Origin: Chloroflexota bacterium
GTDB lineage: Bacteria; Chloroflexota; UBA11872; VXOZ01
Assembly: GCA_965207135.1 (NCBI GenBank)
Contig: OZ242272.1
Span: forward strand, 1,541,336-1,605,335
Reading direction: 5' to 3'
Length of the DNA: 64,000 bases
The translations under genes and the position numbers were made by a program. The notes under the pieces are model-generated. The model saw only the letters and a program-made list of their open reading frames with translations, was not told the origin of the DNA and did no database searches. Shown here in pieces: positions 19,502 through 29,280 of this stretch; within the stretch, counting starts at the first letter, position 1, and each line of letters opens with the position of its first letter.

Positions 19502-20532
19502 GCACTAGTGCTCGGACACAAACGTGCACTAGTGCAGGAGGCCAAGGCTCCTTGGGCCGCGCGCGGCGCCCTGCTTCGACATCCAACAGCTTTAAGGCGT
19601 TGTTATTGAAAATCGTATTCATTGCTTCGAGGGTTAAAGCGAGGAAGCTCCTCTTCAGAGATGTCCAAGTCAAGCAGCGGCGGAGAGTCTGGCGTGTGCA
19701 CATGACAATACAGGGACTCTTCGTGAGGGAGAAAACAAACGATTGCTGGCGGTTTCTGGGTTGAACAATAGGACCACTGCCAGAGAAAACTCGCGAATTT
19801 GAACCACACCGTTCGGTGCGTATTTGGGGATGTGTCGCGGCGAACCTAATTGAAGCCGGGTCAATCGCACCTGCGGAAGTGAGACGGTGCTGCCGACCCC
19901 GCTACCTAGACACAAAAGTAAGGTTTGCCATCGTTGCCACGTCATGTAGTCTTTCCTCACCATTGAGGCTACGTGGATTCCTACTTGCCAATATATTATA
20001 GCACCTGTCCGCAATTAAGTGGCCTTCCCAACACTTATGCGGGAATGCAATACTCCTTACTACGTTTTCCGATGTCCCCTGCTGCTCTCGGCATCGCGAC
20101 TGCTTGGCTGAGTTTCTTATGCGATCTCACGCGCCAAGCACTGCAGAGTTTTGCGGCTCAATTGCTACGGTGTTACACACAGAGTCATTTCTTGGCCAAC
20201 TCTAAGCAGACTCTAAGTAAAGTGTGTCAATGTATAGCAAATGCGTTTCCCCCGACTTAGGAGCATTCAACTCAGTATTGGGCTTCTCGGCGCATCTCCA
20301 TTGTAAAGGGCTATGCGATCGGGAATGCGTGTAAGGCTGTCCGCGTGGCGACCGGCAGGGAGCGCAAGGCAAGGCCGCAATAGAAGACACTACAGCTTTT
20401 CCTCATCAAAGCGGTGGGCTCCCAATACACTTATTCTTGAATTCGATGCAGGCCAGCGTCGTACAGCCTGGAATTCGCGTCACTCGCACAGATGCGCAAT
20501 AAATGCGCACAGTGCGATTAGGGAGGAATGCC

Positions 20533-21762
20533 ATGCTCTCACGTCGTGCACTGCTAGGAAGCGCTGCGGCGCTGTCGACCGGCTGTGGCTTTCTCGAATC
20601 CCAGCTCTCTGTGCCAAGCTTACCGAATGAAAGACCGCTGACTTGGGCCGTAACCTGGGTAAGTGACGAGGAATTGCCCTGGCTGGCCGAGAAGATTCTC
20701 ATACAAGAGGATGACAATCCTCTCGGCCCAAAGCTTGGAGGCTACACGCTCGCTCGCCGCGGCGTCGAGGACGTCCTCCATACGAAAGAGCTGGTTGACA
20801 TTTTGAATGAGATGGAAGCAGACCTGGTGAATGTGTACACATTCAATGTGCCGGACTTGGCGGCGAATGGCGCGCTGCTGCCCCTGGATGCCGTCAGCGA
20901 CGCTGAAGAATACGATTTGGACCAAGAATTCTATCCCAGCTTGCTTGACCAATTCCGATTTGACGGTGCGCTCTATGCGTTGCCGGTAAATGCGCGGCCG
21001 CTGGTTATGCAATACGATGCTGCGCTCTTTGCGGCGGAGGGTTTGCCGCCCATGGATGGCAGTTGGGAATGGGAGGACCTGGCAAGAACTGCGGAGCAAC
21101 TTGTGTTGCGTGATAAGGATGGCACGGTAAGGCGCTGGGGTCTGGTTGCCCACAACCATGGCATCTGGTGGGCGCTCTGGCAAAATGGAGCAGAAGTAGC
21201 CGATTCGGCAGGCGGAAAGTGCAACCTGAGGGATTCCTCAGCTATCGCAGCATTGCACTTCGTTCGCGATCTGTTTCACACCCACCGTGTCTCACCAGCG
21301 GCCACGGGAAGAGAATTATGGGACAACATGTACATCAATCGGCGCCCGCCAGTCATGATGCACTCTCAACATCCAACGCAATACCAGCCCGACTATCGGG
21401 TGGCGGTCCTACCGCGAGGCAGAGAACAGGTTGCGCCGATCTCAGCAGAAATGGGCATGGCAATTGTGGCAAAAACGCCAAAGCCGGAATTAGCGTTTAC
21501 TGCCCTGCGTGGTCTCGTAGATGCGATGCAGAAATTCGTCAACGTACCCGCAAAACGCCCAGTGATAGCCCGTCTGGGAGATATTAGGCAGGACTATCAG
21601 GAAGATGAGGTCGCGGTCATCCAGCAGTCTCTGGAGTTCGGGCGTGGCTTGCCGTCTAGGTCTTCGCGTTCGTGGCAGGTATTGGACGGGGCTCTAAAGG
21701 CGCTCGTACGGGGTGACGACATCACTACCGCAGTAAATGAAGCTTGCTCGTTGGTGCACTAG
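20533..21762 (+). CDS. Extracellular solute-binding lipoprotein (ABC SBP family 1-like), orphan
   Basis: The ATG at 20533 was preferred because it is preceded by AGGGAGGAA; the track ATG at 20503 has no SD. The signal/lipobox is MLSRRALLGSAAALSTGC. It has family-1 SBP-like blocks and a C-terminal half resembling the SBPs at 55833 and 58873. Confidence 0.75.
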   Translation: MLSRRALLGSAAALSTGCGFLESQLSVPSLPNERPLTWAVTWVSDEELPWLAEKILIQEDDNPLGPKLGGYTLARRGVEDVLHTKELVDILNEMEADLVNVYTFNVPDLAANGALLPLDAVSDAEEYDLDQEFYPSLLDQFRFDGALYALPVNARPLVMQYDAALFAAEGLPPMDGSWEWEDLARTAEQLVLRDKDGTVRRWGLVAHNHGIWWALWQNGAEVADSAGGKCNLRDSSAIAALHFVRDLFHTHRVSPAATGRELWDNMYINRRPPVMMHSQHPTQYQPDYRVAVLPRGREQVAPISAEMGMAIVAKTPKPELAFTALRGLVDAMQKFVNVPAKRPVIARLGDIRQDYQEDEVAVIQQSLEFGRGLPSRSSRSWQVLDGALKALVRGDDITTAVNEACSLVH

Positions 21763-21936
21763 TCCTCAGCAGCGGTTGCGATAGCCTGACACCGTGCTCC
21801 TAGTGCGTTTGGCCTGGTTGCCGCAACACCTCATGTATCGCAACGCGCCGCAGATTAATTGGGAACTTGCGCAGGGGCAACGAACGCCCTTGCTCACTGC
21901 AATGTTAGTGGTTCGCCTACCCCTGACGTCCACGCG

Positions 21937-22332
21937 CTAATCGAAGACAGCGATTGCATCTATCTCCACCAGCCACTCCTCACCGGACAGCGAACCGATC
22001 TGCACCATGGTGGCTGTGGGATACGGTGCCGCGAAGATCTCGTTGCGGATGCCGGTGACGACGGCGCGGTAGCGGATGTCGGTGACGTACATATTAAGAT
22101 GCGCCACATTCGCCAGCGAGCCGCCCGCCGCCACACAGAGCGCTTCAATGTTGGCATAGACCTTGCGGGTCTGTGCCTCTATGTCGCCCTTACCCACCAG
22201 ATCGCCGTTTTCGTCCAGGGGAAACTGGCCCGCGATGAATAGAACGCGCTTTATTCCATCAATCATCAAGCCCTGCGAAAAGTTGCTGAATGGCGGGCAC
22301 ACGCCCTCGCCGAGAACTGTTTCTTTTTTCAA
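21937..22332 (-). CDS. RidA/YjgF family reactive-intermediate (enamine/imine) deaminase
   Basis: 131-aa protein with FPLDENGDLVGKGDIEAQTRKVYANIEAL and AVFD at the C-terminus, typical of YjgF/TdcF. Confidence 0.85.
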   Translation of the reverse strand: MKKETVLGEGVCPPFSNFSQGLMIDGIKRVLFIAGQFPLDENGDLVGKGDIEAQTRKVYANIEALCVAAGGSLANVAHLNMYVTDIRYRAVVTGIRNEIFAAPYPTATMVQIGSLSGEEWLVEIDAIAVFD

Positions 22333-22390
22333 TGAACTGCTCCTTGGATTGCTTGTGGCCTGACTCTAGATTTCTCGCTATGCTCGAAAT

Positions 22391-22486
22391 GACATTAAGT
22401 GAGGAAGCGCCAATTACATTAGGTGAGGAAGCGCCAATTACATTAGGTGAGAAAGCGCAAGTGACATAAGGTGAGGAAGCCCAATT
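22391..22486. repeat. Four tandem 24-bp direct repeats (unit approx. TACATTAGGTGAGGAAGCGCCAAT)
   Basis: The four units are gacattaagtgaggaagcgccaat, tacattaggtgaggaagcgccaat, tacattaggtgagaaagcgcaagt and gacataaggtgaggaagcccaatt. They are head-to-tail with no spacers, in the intergenic region between RidA and the downstream SBP terminator. Confidence 0.8.
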
Positions 22487-22532
22487 GAATTGGGAAAACT
22501 GCAAGTGCGCGTTTGTCGCTGCAATGAGCATT

Positions 22533-22556
22533 CGCCCCCTCTAGAACGAGGGGGCG
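22533..22556 (-). terminator. GC-rich hairpin (CGCCCCCTC-tagaac-GAGGGGGCG) 36 nt downstream of the SBP gene stop
   Basis: Perfect 9-bp stem read directly from the sequence. It probably acts as the intrinsic terminator for the 22593 gene. The U-tract is weak. Confidence 0.5.
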
Positions 22557-22592
22557 GATGTCTGAACAATTTTACACCAGAAGGAGGTATGC

Positions 22593-24029
22593 TCAACTCT
22601 TATTGGCGTAATACTCGTCGATCATGGCCTGCATGATCTTGCCGGCGCTCTGCATGGCTTCGGGTACGGTCATTTCTTGATTCCACACCATGCGCATGTG
22701 GTCCAAGTAGACACCACGGATCTCACCATAGTTGGGGTAGAGCTGTGTCATGAAGCCGTTACCCTCGCCAATCGGCTCCGTAATCGGAGTCAATTCGCGT
22801 GGCGGACGCGCCTTTTGTTCCGCCAAGCGTGGGTCGTCCCACGCAGCTCTGACCACGGGCATGCCGTAATTCAGCAGCGTGGTGACGCCGACCTGCACCT
22901 CGAGGTCGGTGCTGAGGAACTTCATCAGCTCCCACGTGGCGTCCGGACTCTTGGTGCCGGACCACATGTACTGCACTGGCGTGTAGCTGCCCACCGCGTC
23001 CGAGTTTTCGCTCTGCACGGTGTGGGCCGGGAAGCGCCGCGCCTTGACCGGCAGTTCCTCGACGCCCGGCACATTCCAGGCAGACTCGGCGTTGAACCAC
23101 GTGTGATACACTGCCGCCCGCTGCTGGGTAAACGGTGAATCACGCCGCTGACCTTCCGGAATGGTTTCATTGAGGGCGCCAATGTCATCCGCAGTCGGCT
23201 TCACGCGGTACTTGAACTCGAGGTCATAGAGAAACTGAATTACATCGATGAATTCAGGTTCGTGCAGCCGGAAGCGGGCATAGTCGTCGGTCACGAAATT
23301 CGTGCCGTTTTGGATCAGCATCGTCGGCACTTCGGTGGTGGAGTCGTTGCGGCTCCAGAAGCCCCAGATCGGATCCTGATCGGCGCTGGAGCGCTGCGTG
23401 ATTTCCTGCGCTGTCTCCAGTAGCTCGCCGCCATCGCTTGGATTCCAAGTTTTCGGCGGTTCGTTGATGCCGAACTTATCGAGAATGGCCGTGTTATAGA
23501 TTTGAATAGTTGCCAGCACGCCGTACGGAAACGTCCATAGCTTGCCCTCTGGGTCTTGCAGCCAGTCGATACCAACTACGTCGTCGAGCACTGCCGCATC
23601 GCGCTGGACAAAGGGCGTTAGGTCAGTCACGTAGCCTGCGTCCCGATACTGAGGGTAGCGGGTAGGTTCGGGACCCAGGATGTCCGGAGACGATCCGGCA
23701 GCGAGTTCGACAACCTGTTTTTCCATGAGGTTACGGTAGCCCAAGGACTGCCAATTGACCGTGATGTTGGGGTGCAGTTCCTTGAATGGGCCGAGCACGA
23801 GGTCCTCGAAAGCCCCGGCGTTCTCGGCGATGTTCACGACCCAGTTAACGCTAACGGTCGCCTCTTCCATCTGGGGCATGTCGTCGGACTGCGGCGCATC
23901 GTCGCTTGCTTCGGGCATCGCCGCCGGCGCCTGCACCTGACCGCAGGCGGCCAGTACTGCAAGGGAGCCCATGCCCCCCGTCGCAGCCAAGAGCCCTCGA
24001 CGCGTCATTAGAGTTCGTTGTTCAGTCAT
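22593..24029 (-). CDS. Extracellular solute-binding lipoprotein (SBP family 1), Tat signal
   Basis: Start moved to the ATG at 24027-24029 (MTEQRTLMTRRGLLAATGGMGSLAVLAAC, a twin-arginine signal plus lipobox). The sequence has sugar/oligosaccharide SBP-like blocks. It is a paralog of the next gene. Confidence 0.85.
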   Translation of the reverse strand: MTEQRTLMTRRGLLAATGGMGSLAVLAACGQVQAPAAMPEASDDAPQSDDMPQMEEATVSVNWVVNIAENAGAFEDLVLGPFKELHPNITVNWQSLGYRNLMEKQVVELAAGSSPDILGPEPTRYPQYRDAGYVTDLTPFVQRDAAVLDDVVGIDWLQDPEGKLWTFPYGVLATIQIYNTAILDKFGINEPPKTWNPSDGGELLETAQEITQRSSADQDPIWGFWSRNDSTTEVPTMLIQNGTNFVTDDYARFRLHEPEFIDVIQFLYDLEFKYRVKPTADDIGALNETIPEGQRRDSPFTQQRAAVYHTWFNAESAWNVPGVEELPVKARRFPAHTVQSENSDAVGSYTPVQYMWSGTKSPDATWELMKFLSTDLEVQVGVTTLLNYGMPVVRAAWDDPRLAEQKARPPRELTPITEPIGEGNGFMTQLYPNYGEIRGVYLDHMRMVWNQEMTVPEAMQSAGKIMQAMIDEYYANKS

Positions 24030-24235
24030 TTTCTGCTGCCTCCGTCCTCTAATCAACACAATATTCGTGTGCCCATAGCGCAACCCTCGACAACTATGGG
24101 CGTAAATTACCTCACGGCCCCTCTTACCTCCTCTCAAACCCGGCGTTCGCCGGCCAAGACAGACGATTGACATTGCTATGTGCATTGTAAACGAACAGTC
24201 AATAAGATGCCAATCGTCCTCTTGACAATTCTCTA

Positions 24236-25666
24236 CTACTTACTTGCCCAATACTCGTCAATCACGGCCTGAGTGTGTTTGCTGGCGTTCTGCATGGCCT
24301 CCTCAACGGTGAGCTCCTGCTTCCATACCAGGCCCTTCTGTTCATTGAAGAAGCCCAGGTGTTCCCGCCAACCGGGGAAGATTTGGGTGATAAAGCCGCG
24401 GCCTTCCCGGAGCGGCGTGGCAATAGAGTCTATCTCGCGGGGCGGACGGGTCTTAGTCGCCACCAGACGGGGATCGTTCCACGCATTTGCATTCGCCGAC
24501 AGACCGTAGTTGAGCAGCGTCGTCACCGCCACACCGAACTCGATGTCCGACATGGCGAACTTCATGAACTCCCAGACGGCATCCGGGTGCTTAGCGCCGG
24601 ACCACATGTACTGGACCGCCGTCCAACCGGCAACCTTATCGGACGTCGGCCCTCCTTTGCTGTTCTCCAGCATGGGCACAGCCTTCATGGGCAAGTTTTC
24701 CACGTCCGGGTGGGTCCATCCGCTCTCGGCGTTGAACCAGGTATTGTTCATGGCCGCGCGCCCGTGCACAAAGAGCGCATCGCGGTGCCGGCCCTCGCCC
24801 AAGGTCTCTTGGAACGCAGCCTTCGCTTCAGCGGACGGAGCCACGCGGTACTTGAACTCCAGGTCGTACATGAACTGTATGGCCTCGATGAATTCGGGCT
24901 CGTGCATGGTTGCCCGCCTCAAGTCGTCGGAGAGGAAGTTGGCGCCATTCTGAACGATGTAGGTACTCATTTCGGTTGTGTAGTCAGCGCCGGTGTAAAT
25001 TCCCCAAATCGGGTCCGGTTCGCTGCTGGACCTACTCGTTATCTCCCGCGCGACGTCCAGGTACTCGCCGCCGTCACTAGCATTCCACTGCCTTGGCGGC
25101 CCGCTGATCCCATACTTGTCGAAGATGGACGTATTGTAGATGTGAATGGTGCCGAGCGCCGTATAGGGCATGGACCAGAAGCGCCCCTGCGGGTCAACGA
25201 TCCAATCAAGCGCCACGGTGTCTCCGAGTTGACTCTGGTCGCGCTTGTAGAGGTCGGTGACTTCCCGCACAAACCCCTTGTCCGTCCACTCAATCCACCG
25301 GGTGGGGTCGGGGGTGAGAATGTCAATCGCCTCATTGGCGGCTAGTTCGGCCAGCATTTTCTCATAATGCGCTCCGTATGGAGAGGCCTCGTAATTGAGG
25401 TCAATGTCGGGGTGCATTTCCCTGAAACGGTTAATCACCCCGTCCTCAAACGCTTGCGCGTTCTCCGCGACGTTGACAATCCAACGCACGTTGATTGTTG
25501 CGGCCTCCATCGTGGGGGCGTCTTCAGCCTGCGGCGCCTCATCGGCTTCCGGTGCTGCGGCCGGAGCCTGGGCTTGGCCGCACGCTGCTATAAGCGCCGC
25601 GGCGCTCAGGCCTGCCGATACGCCGAGGAATCGTCGCCGACTCAGACCGATGTTTGAAGTACTCAT
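24236..25666 (-). CDS. Extracellular solute-binding lipoprotein (SBP family 1), Tat signal; paralog of 22593..24029
   Basis: Start moved to the ATG at 25664-25666 (MSTSNIGLSRRRFLGVSAGLSAAALIAAC). About 55-60% of residues look identical by eye to the upstream paralog. Confidence 0.85.
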   Translation of the reverse strand: MSTSNIGLSRRRFLGVSAGLSAAALIAACGQAQAPAAAPEADEAPQAEDAPTMEAATINVRWIVNVAENAQAFEDGVINRFREMHPDIDLNYEASPYGAHYEKMLAELAANEAIDILTPDPTRWIEWTDKGFVREVTDLYKRDQSQLGDTVALDWIVDPQGRFWSMPYTALGTIHIYNTSIFDKYGISGPPRQWNASDGGEYLDVAREITSRSSSEPDPIWGIYTGADYTTEMSTYIVQNGANFLSDDLRRATMHEPEFIEAIQFMYDLEFKYRVAPSAEAKAAFQETLGEGRHRDALFVHGRAAMNNTWFNAESGWTHPDVENLPMKAVPMLENSKGGPTSDKVAGWTAVQYMWSGAKHPDAVWEFMKFAMSDIEFGVAVTTLLNYGLSANANAWNDPRLVATKTRPPREIDSIATPLREGRGFITQIFPGWREHLGFFNEQKGLVWKQELTVEEAMQNASKHTQAVIDEYWASK

Positions 25667-25754
25667 ACCGGACCTCCAAATGAGCGTGGAATTGACATCT
25701 ACTCTTTCGCTTGGCACTCGCAAAGTCGCTCTAAGCTACTACCTCCTTCTGCAC

Positions 25755-26588
25755 TTAATCTGATTGATCTTGGGAGAGTGCCTCTCTTAAGTCATTGCCC
25801 TTGGCGGTGAGCGTACCGCCTATCTCTAGCCAGTGGATAAATGCCTTGGTAATTAGGTTTTCATCGGTAGACCATGCCGTCTCCGAGGCTGCGGTGCAGT
25901 CTCGCAGCACAATGGCGCGGTAGCGGTTGCGGGTTTGCAGGATGCCGCCGGGTTTCATGAGGAGACAGAAATTCAAGAGGAAGCCCACGTAGACGAGATT
26001 GAGGATCTTGCGTTCTGCGAGGAAGCGTTCGATTTGGTGAGGCTGGGAGAAGAGAAAATCGCGCGGGTCGGGTTTGACGCAGTCCGCAAAGTCGTAGTTT
26101 GCCTGGACTTTGCTCCAGGGTTCCCTATAACCCGGGCCAAAGACGGTGCTGTGGTATTCAGCCAGCAGCTCCTTGCGGAATTCGGCCGGCGGCCAAGCGG
26201 GCGTGCTGCTCTTGGCTTTGAGCGTAGGCTCAGGCGGCTCGGCCCAGGGATAGCGGGCGAGAATCTGGGACGGTTCGTTGTGGATGACCGGCACGCCGGC
26301 TTCACGCGCCGCCGCCAAGACGGGCACGATGGCTTCCGCCATGATCTTGCCGGCCCGCTTCGCCACGCCGTGCCCGCCCATGTAGTTGTATTCCCAGTAT
26401 TTCTCCACACCGGGAATTACGGGCTCGCCGTCGCCGCCGAGGTTCCACATGTCTATGGCAATGACAGCCGTGTTGTCGGTATTAAGCTCTACCGTCTTGT
26501 GTACGTGGCCGTAATTGTGGTCGTCGTACTCCTGCCCAGGTAACGGGTAGACCCGATAGGAGCGAACGGGCAATTGAAACTTAGCCAT
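25755..26588 (-). CDS. Isochorismatase-family (cysteine hydrolase) protein
   Basis: A TAVIAIDMWN block is consistent with the isochorismatase-like fold. The ATG at 26586-26588 (MAKFQLP) was preferred over the track start at 26615. Confidence 0.65.
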   Translation of the reverse strand: MAKFQLPVRSYRVYPLPGQEYDDHNYGHVHKTVELNTDNTAVIAIDMWNLGGDGEPVIPGVEKYWEYNYMGGHGVAKRAGKIMAEAIVPVLAAAREAGVPVIHNEPSQILARYPWAEPPEPTLKAKSSTPAWPPAEFRKELLAEYHSTVFGPGYREPWSKVQANYDFADCVKPDPRDFLFSQPHQIERFLAERKILNLVYVGFLLNFCLLMKPGGILQTRNRYRAIVLRDCTAASETAWSTDENLITKAFIHWLEIGGTLTAKGNDLREALSQDQSD

Positions 26589-26860
26589 GGAATGCAGCCT
26601 CGCACCATAAAGCAATACTGAGAGAGATTTATGCCTTGAATCTCTCTGACGTACATTTAGGTTTCATGCCGTTCACCCTTCGACAGGCTCAGGGCGAACG
26701 GATTGGATAGCTTTTTCACCCGACAAGAGATCGTCTTACTCTGACGCCCTGTCTTGCGCTGATGCCCCGTTCGTCCTCAATACCCGTTCGTGCTGAGTGG
26801 GCTTCGCGAAGCCCTTGTCAAAGCACCGCTTGGCCTGCTGAGCGGGAATACGAGCTTCCA

Positions 26861-28156
26861 TTAATAAGGCCGGTCGAACGGTATCGTGGCAGCCGCCACT
26901 TCCTCCGAGACACGGCCGGAATCTCGTGCGCGGCGCAGATCCAGCAGCGAATCCTCCACTGCTTCCAAGGTCTCCGCCACGTCCTCGTCGCTGTGCGCGT
27001 ACAGCACGTTGTTCCAACTGCCCTTGAGCATCACGCCGCGCTTGGCAAGGCCGGTATAGAAGAACGTCCCGGCGTCGGCGGGCAGCGGCTCATCGCCGCC
27101 AATGAAGCGGATGCCAAAGAGCGCCGGCGGGCCGAACGACTCCATGGGAATGCCCACCCGGTGCGAGACCTTTTCAACGCCGTCCATGACGGCTTGGGAG
27201 ATGCGGTTGATATGGCCCGCCACATCCTCATCGCGGCAGATCTGCAGCGTGACAATGCTCGCCGCCAGGGAGAGCGTCTCCCCGCCAAACGTCAGACTGA
27301 TCAAGCAGTCGGCGGTCTTTTCCATAATGTCGCGCCTGCCGGCCACCGCGCCGAGAGACATGCCGTTGGCCATACCCTTGGCATAGGTGGCAATGTCGGG
27401 CTCCACGCCGTAGTACTCCTGCGCGCCGCCCAGGGCAAAGCGGAAGCCCGTCATGCACTCGTCGTAGATCACGAGCGCGCCGTTGCGGTGCGCCAAGTCC
27501 CTGAGGTTCTGCAGGAAACCCGGCTCCGGCTCCTTGGCCGGTTCCGCGCAATCAAAGGAGACTGCGGCGACTTTGCCATCATTGAGCTTGAAGAGCTCTT
27601 CCAAGTGGTTGAGGTCGTTGAAGCGGAACTGCTGATTTAGCGCATGAAACGCAGCCGGCATGCCGCCGTCGTTGCGCCAGTAATTCCATTCGTCCGCCCA
27701 GCCGCGATAGCCGTTGTTCAGAATGACCTCGCGCTTGGTGTACGCGCGCGCAATCCGCGTCGCGCAGAGATTCACATCCACCCCGCCTTTCAAAAACCGC
27801 ACCATCTCAGAGCAGGGCACGACCTCGTTGACGAGCTTGGCGCATTCGATTTCCGGTTCAGAAGGGGTACTGAAGAGCATGCCTTTCTCAAGTTGCGCCG
27901 CGACGGCCCGGTCGACTTCCGGGTGACAATAACCCAGCAGTACACCTCCCGAAGAGCCGTAATAGTCAATGTAGCTATTGCCGTTGACGTCCCACAGCCG
28001 GGAGCCTTTCCCATGGGACATAAATATGGGCATGGCGCCGTACATTGTTGGATTTGGGCGCTTCCCTTTGGTCTGCGAGCCGCCAGGCATGAGCCGTACG
28101 GCTTCCTCGTACAGGTCAACGGAACGAGAAACGTCGAGCTTGGTTGCGCTGGCCAT
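26861..28156 (-). CDS. Class-III (PLP-dependent) aminotransferase, GSA-aminomutase-like
   Basis: 431-aa protein with VIYDECMTGFRFALGGAQEYYGVEPDIATYAKGMANGMSLGAV; the AKG Lys in that block is the PLP-binding residue. Confidence 0.85.
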   Translation of the reverse strand: MASATKLDVSRSVDLYEEAVRLMPGGSQTKGKRPNPTMYGAMPIFMSHGKGSRLWDVNGNSYIDYYGSSGGVLLGYCHPEVDRAVAAQLEKGMLFSTPSEPEIECAKLVNEVVPCSEMVRFLKGGVDVNLCATRIARAYTKREVILNNGYRGWADEWNYWRNDGGMPAAFHALNQQFRFNDLNHLEELFKLNDGKVAAVSFDCAEPAKEPEPGFLQNLRDLAHRNGALVIYDECMTGFRFALGGAQEYYGVEPDIATYAKGMANGMSLGAVAGRRDIMEKTADCLISLTFGGETLSLAASIVTLQICRDEDVAGHINRISQAVMDGVEKVSHRVGIPMESFGPPALFGIRFIGGDEPLPADAGTFFYTGLAKRGVMLKGSWNNVLYAHSDEDVAETLEAVEDSLLDLRRARDSGRVSEEVAAATIPFDRPY

Positions 28157-28168
28157 AAAACTCTCCCT

Positions 28169-28999
28169 CTACATTGCGAATAGTCGCTGCGCATTTGCTG
28201 ACAGCATCAGCGCTTTTTCGTGGTCGGATATCTCCGCGTGCTCGATACTGAGTTTGGCGGACTCGGGATAGAAAATTGGGCAATTCGTGCCGAACAGCAG
28301 GTGGTCGGCTCCTACTTGCGCACAGAGTTGCTCAATGTCGTCCACCGGTCCCTGCACACGGGAAACGTCAAAATAGAGATTGTCAGTCTTGTATGCCCGC
28401 CGCCAGATGTCCGCAATGTGCCCGTAGCGGCCGGTGCACACGAGAAATCGTACGTCGGGAAAGGCGCAGATGCCCTCCACCGCGTCCGACGTGGTGACCG
28501 GCGGCACCTTGACGTGCCAGTGATGCCAGCGTGAGTCCTCCAGGGCAAGTGTGAGGAGCACCAGGAGATCGTCGGCCTGAGCGCGCTCGAGCAACGCCAA
28601 CGCGTTGCGGGTAAGCAGGTGATACTGGGCGTAGGCTTCCAGGCTGGCATCCATGACGCGCGTGGTGTGCGGCTCCAGCAGCGTGAACTGATGGTAATTG
28701 GGATGAATGCGCAAGTTCTTCATGCCATACTCTTCGAGACAGCGCTTGATGTCCTGCTCCCAGCACGGCATGGCGGAATTGATGGTATAAGCCGGCATAA
28801 ACCGGTCCGGGTGGGCTCGCACAATCCGATGCAATTCGCGGTTGCCCACCATTACGTCCTTGTAGAAGACGTTCTCCAGCCGCGAGACTACGGCCTTCTC
28901 TATGCCGAGCGCATCCATCTTGTGCAATAGCGCATCAGGTGTAGCGTGATTCAGACGGCGGAAGGGCCATTCGCCTATGTAAGCGTTTGCGTCAATCAT
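28169..28999 (-). CDS. Amidohydrolase-2 family (TIM-barrel metal-dependent hydrolase)
   Basis: The N-terminal MIDANAYIGEWP and 276-aa length fit PF04909-type (ACMSD-like) hydrolases. Confidence 0.7.
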   Translation of the reverse strand: MIDANAYIGEWPFRRLNHATPDALLHKMDALGIEKAVVSRLENVFYKDVMVGNRELHRIVRAHPDRFMPAYTINSAMPCWEQDIKRCLEEYGMKNLRIHPNYHQFTLLEPHTTRVMDASLEAYAQYHLLTRNALALLERAQADDLLVLLTLALEDSRWHHWHVKVPPVTTSDAVEGICAFPDVRFLVCTGRYGHIADIWRRAYKTDNLYFDVSRVQGPVDDIEQLCAQVGADHLLFGTNCPIFYPESAKLSIEHAEISDHEKALMLSANAQRLFAM

Positions 29000-29069
29000 T
29001 GGAACTGCTCAAGTGACTTTGCCCGCGTTCCGGTCAAGACAATAGTTCTCCACCAAATAAGTTGCCTAT

Positions 29070-29245
29070 TGTGGGCCGTCATTCCCGTTTTGAGCCGTCA
29101 TTTGACTGTAGAATAAGGACTACAGATGAGCGAAGGTGAGAGGGCAACGCGAGGGTCGCGTGAGCCGTCATTCCCGCGAAAGCGGGAATCCATCTTAATT
29201 TTGGCCCCACTGGACTCCGGCTTGCGCCGGAGTGACGAATCTTCT
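29070..29245. repeat. Structured intergenic element with G(G/A)GCCGTCATTCCCG direct repeats and three closely spaced hairpins
   Basis: GGGCCGTCATTCCCG and GAGCCGTCATTCCCG lie about 90 bp apart, with a third partial copy (GAGCCGTCATTTGAC) between them. The hairpins are TTCCCGC-GAAA-GCGGGAA, CTCCGGC-TTGC-GCCGGAG and CTGTAG-N11-CTACAG. The element sits between two co-directional amidohydrolase genes. Confidence 0.6.
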
Positions 29246-29280
29246 CTCGTTTTAAAGCCTTGTAACCTGCCACGTGTCTC

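Noticed and set aside
19973-20260. 95-aa plus-strand ORF inside the 1-kb spacer
   Set aside because: No SD, an odd composition (Cys/Gln/Leu-rich), and no domain resemblance. It was treated as non-coding.
22391-22486. Possible CRISPR array
   Set aside because: The repeats are directly adjacent with no unique spacers, there are only four degenerate 24-bp units, and no cas genes lie in the window. It was kept as a tandem repeat instead.
24275-25345. 356-aa plus-strand ORF
   Set aside because: Antisense to a well-supported SBP gene. Its composition is Gly/Arg/Val-rich and it has no recognisable domains.
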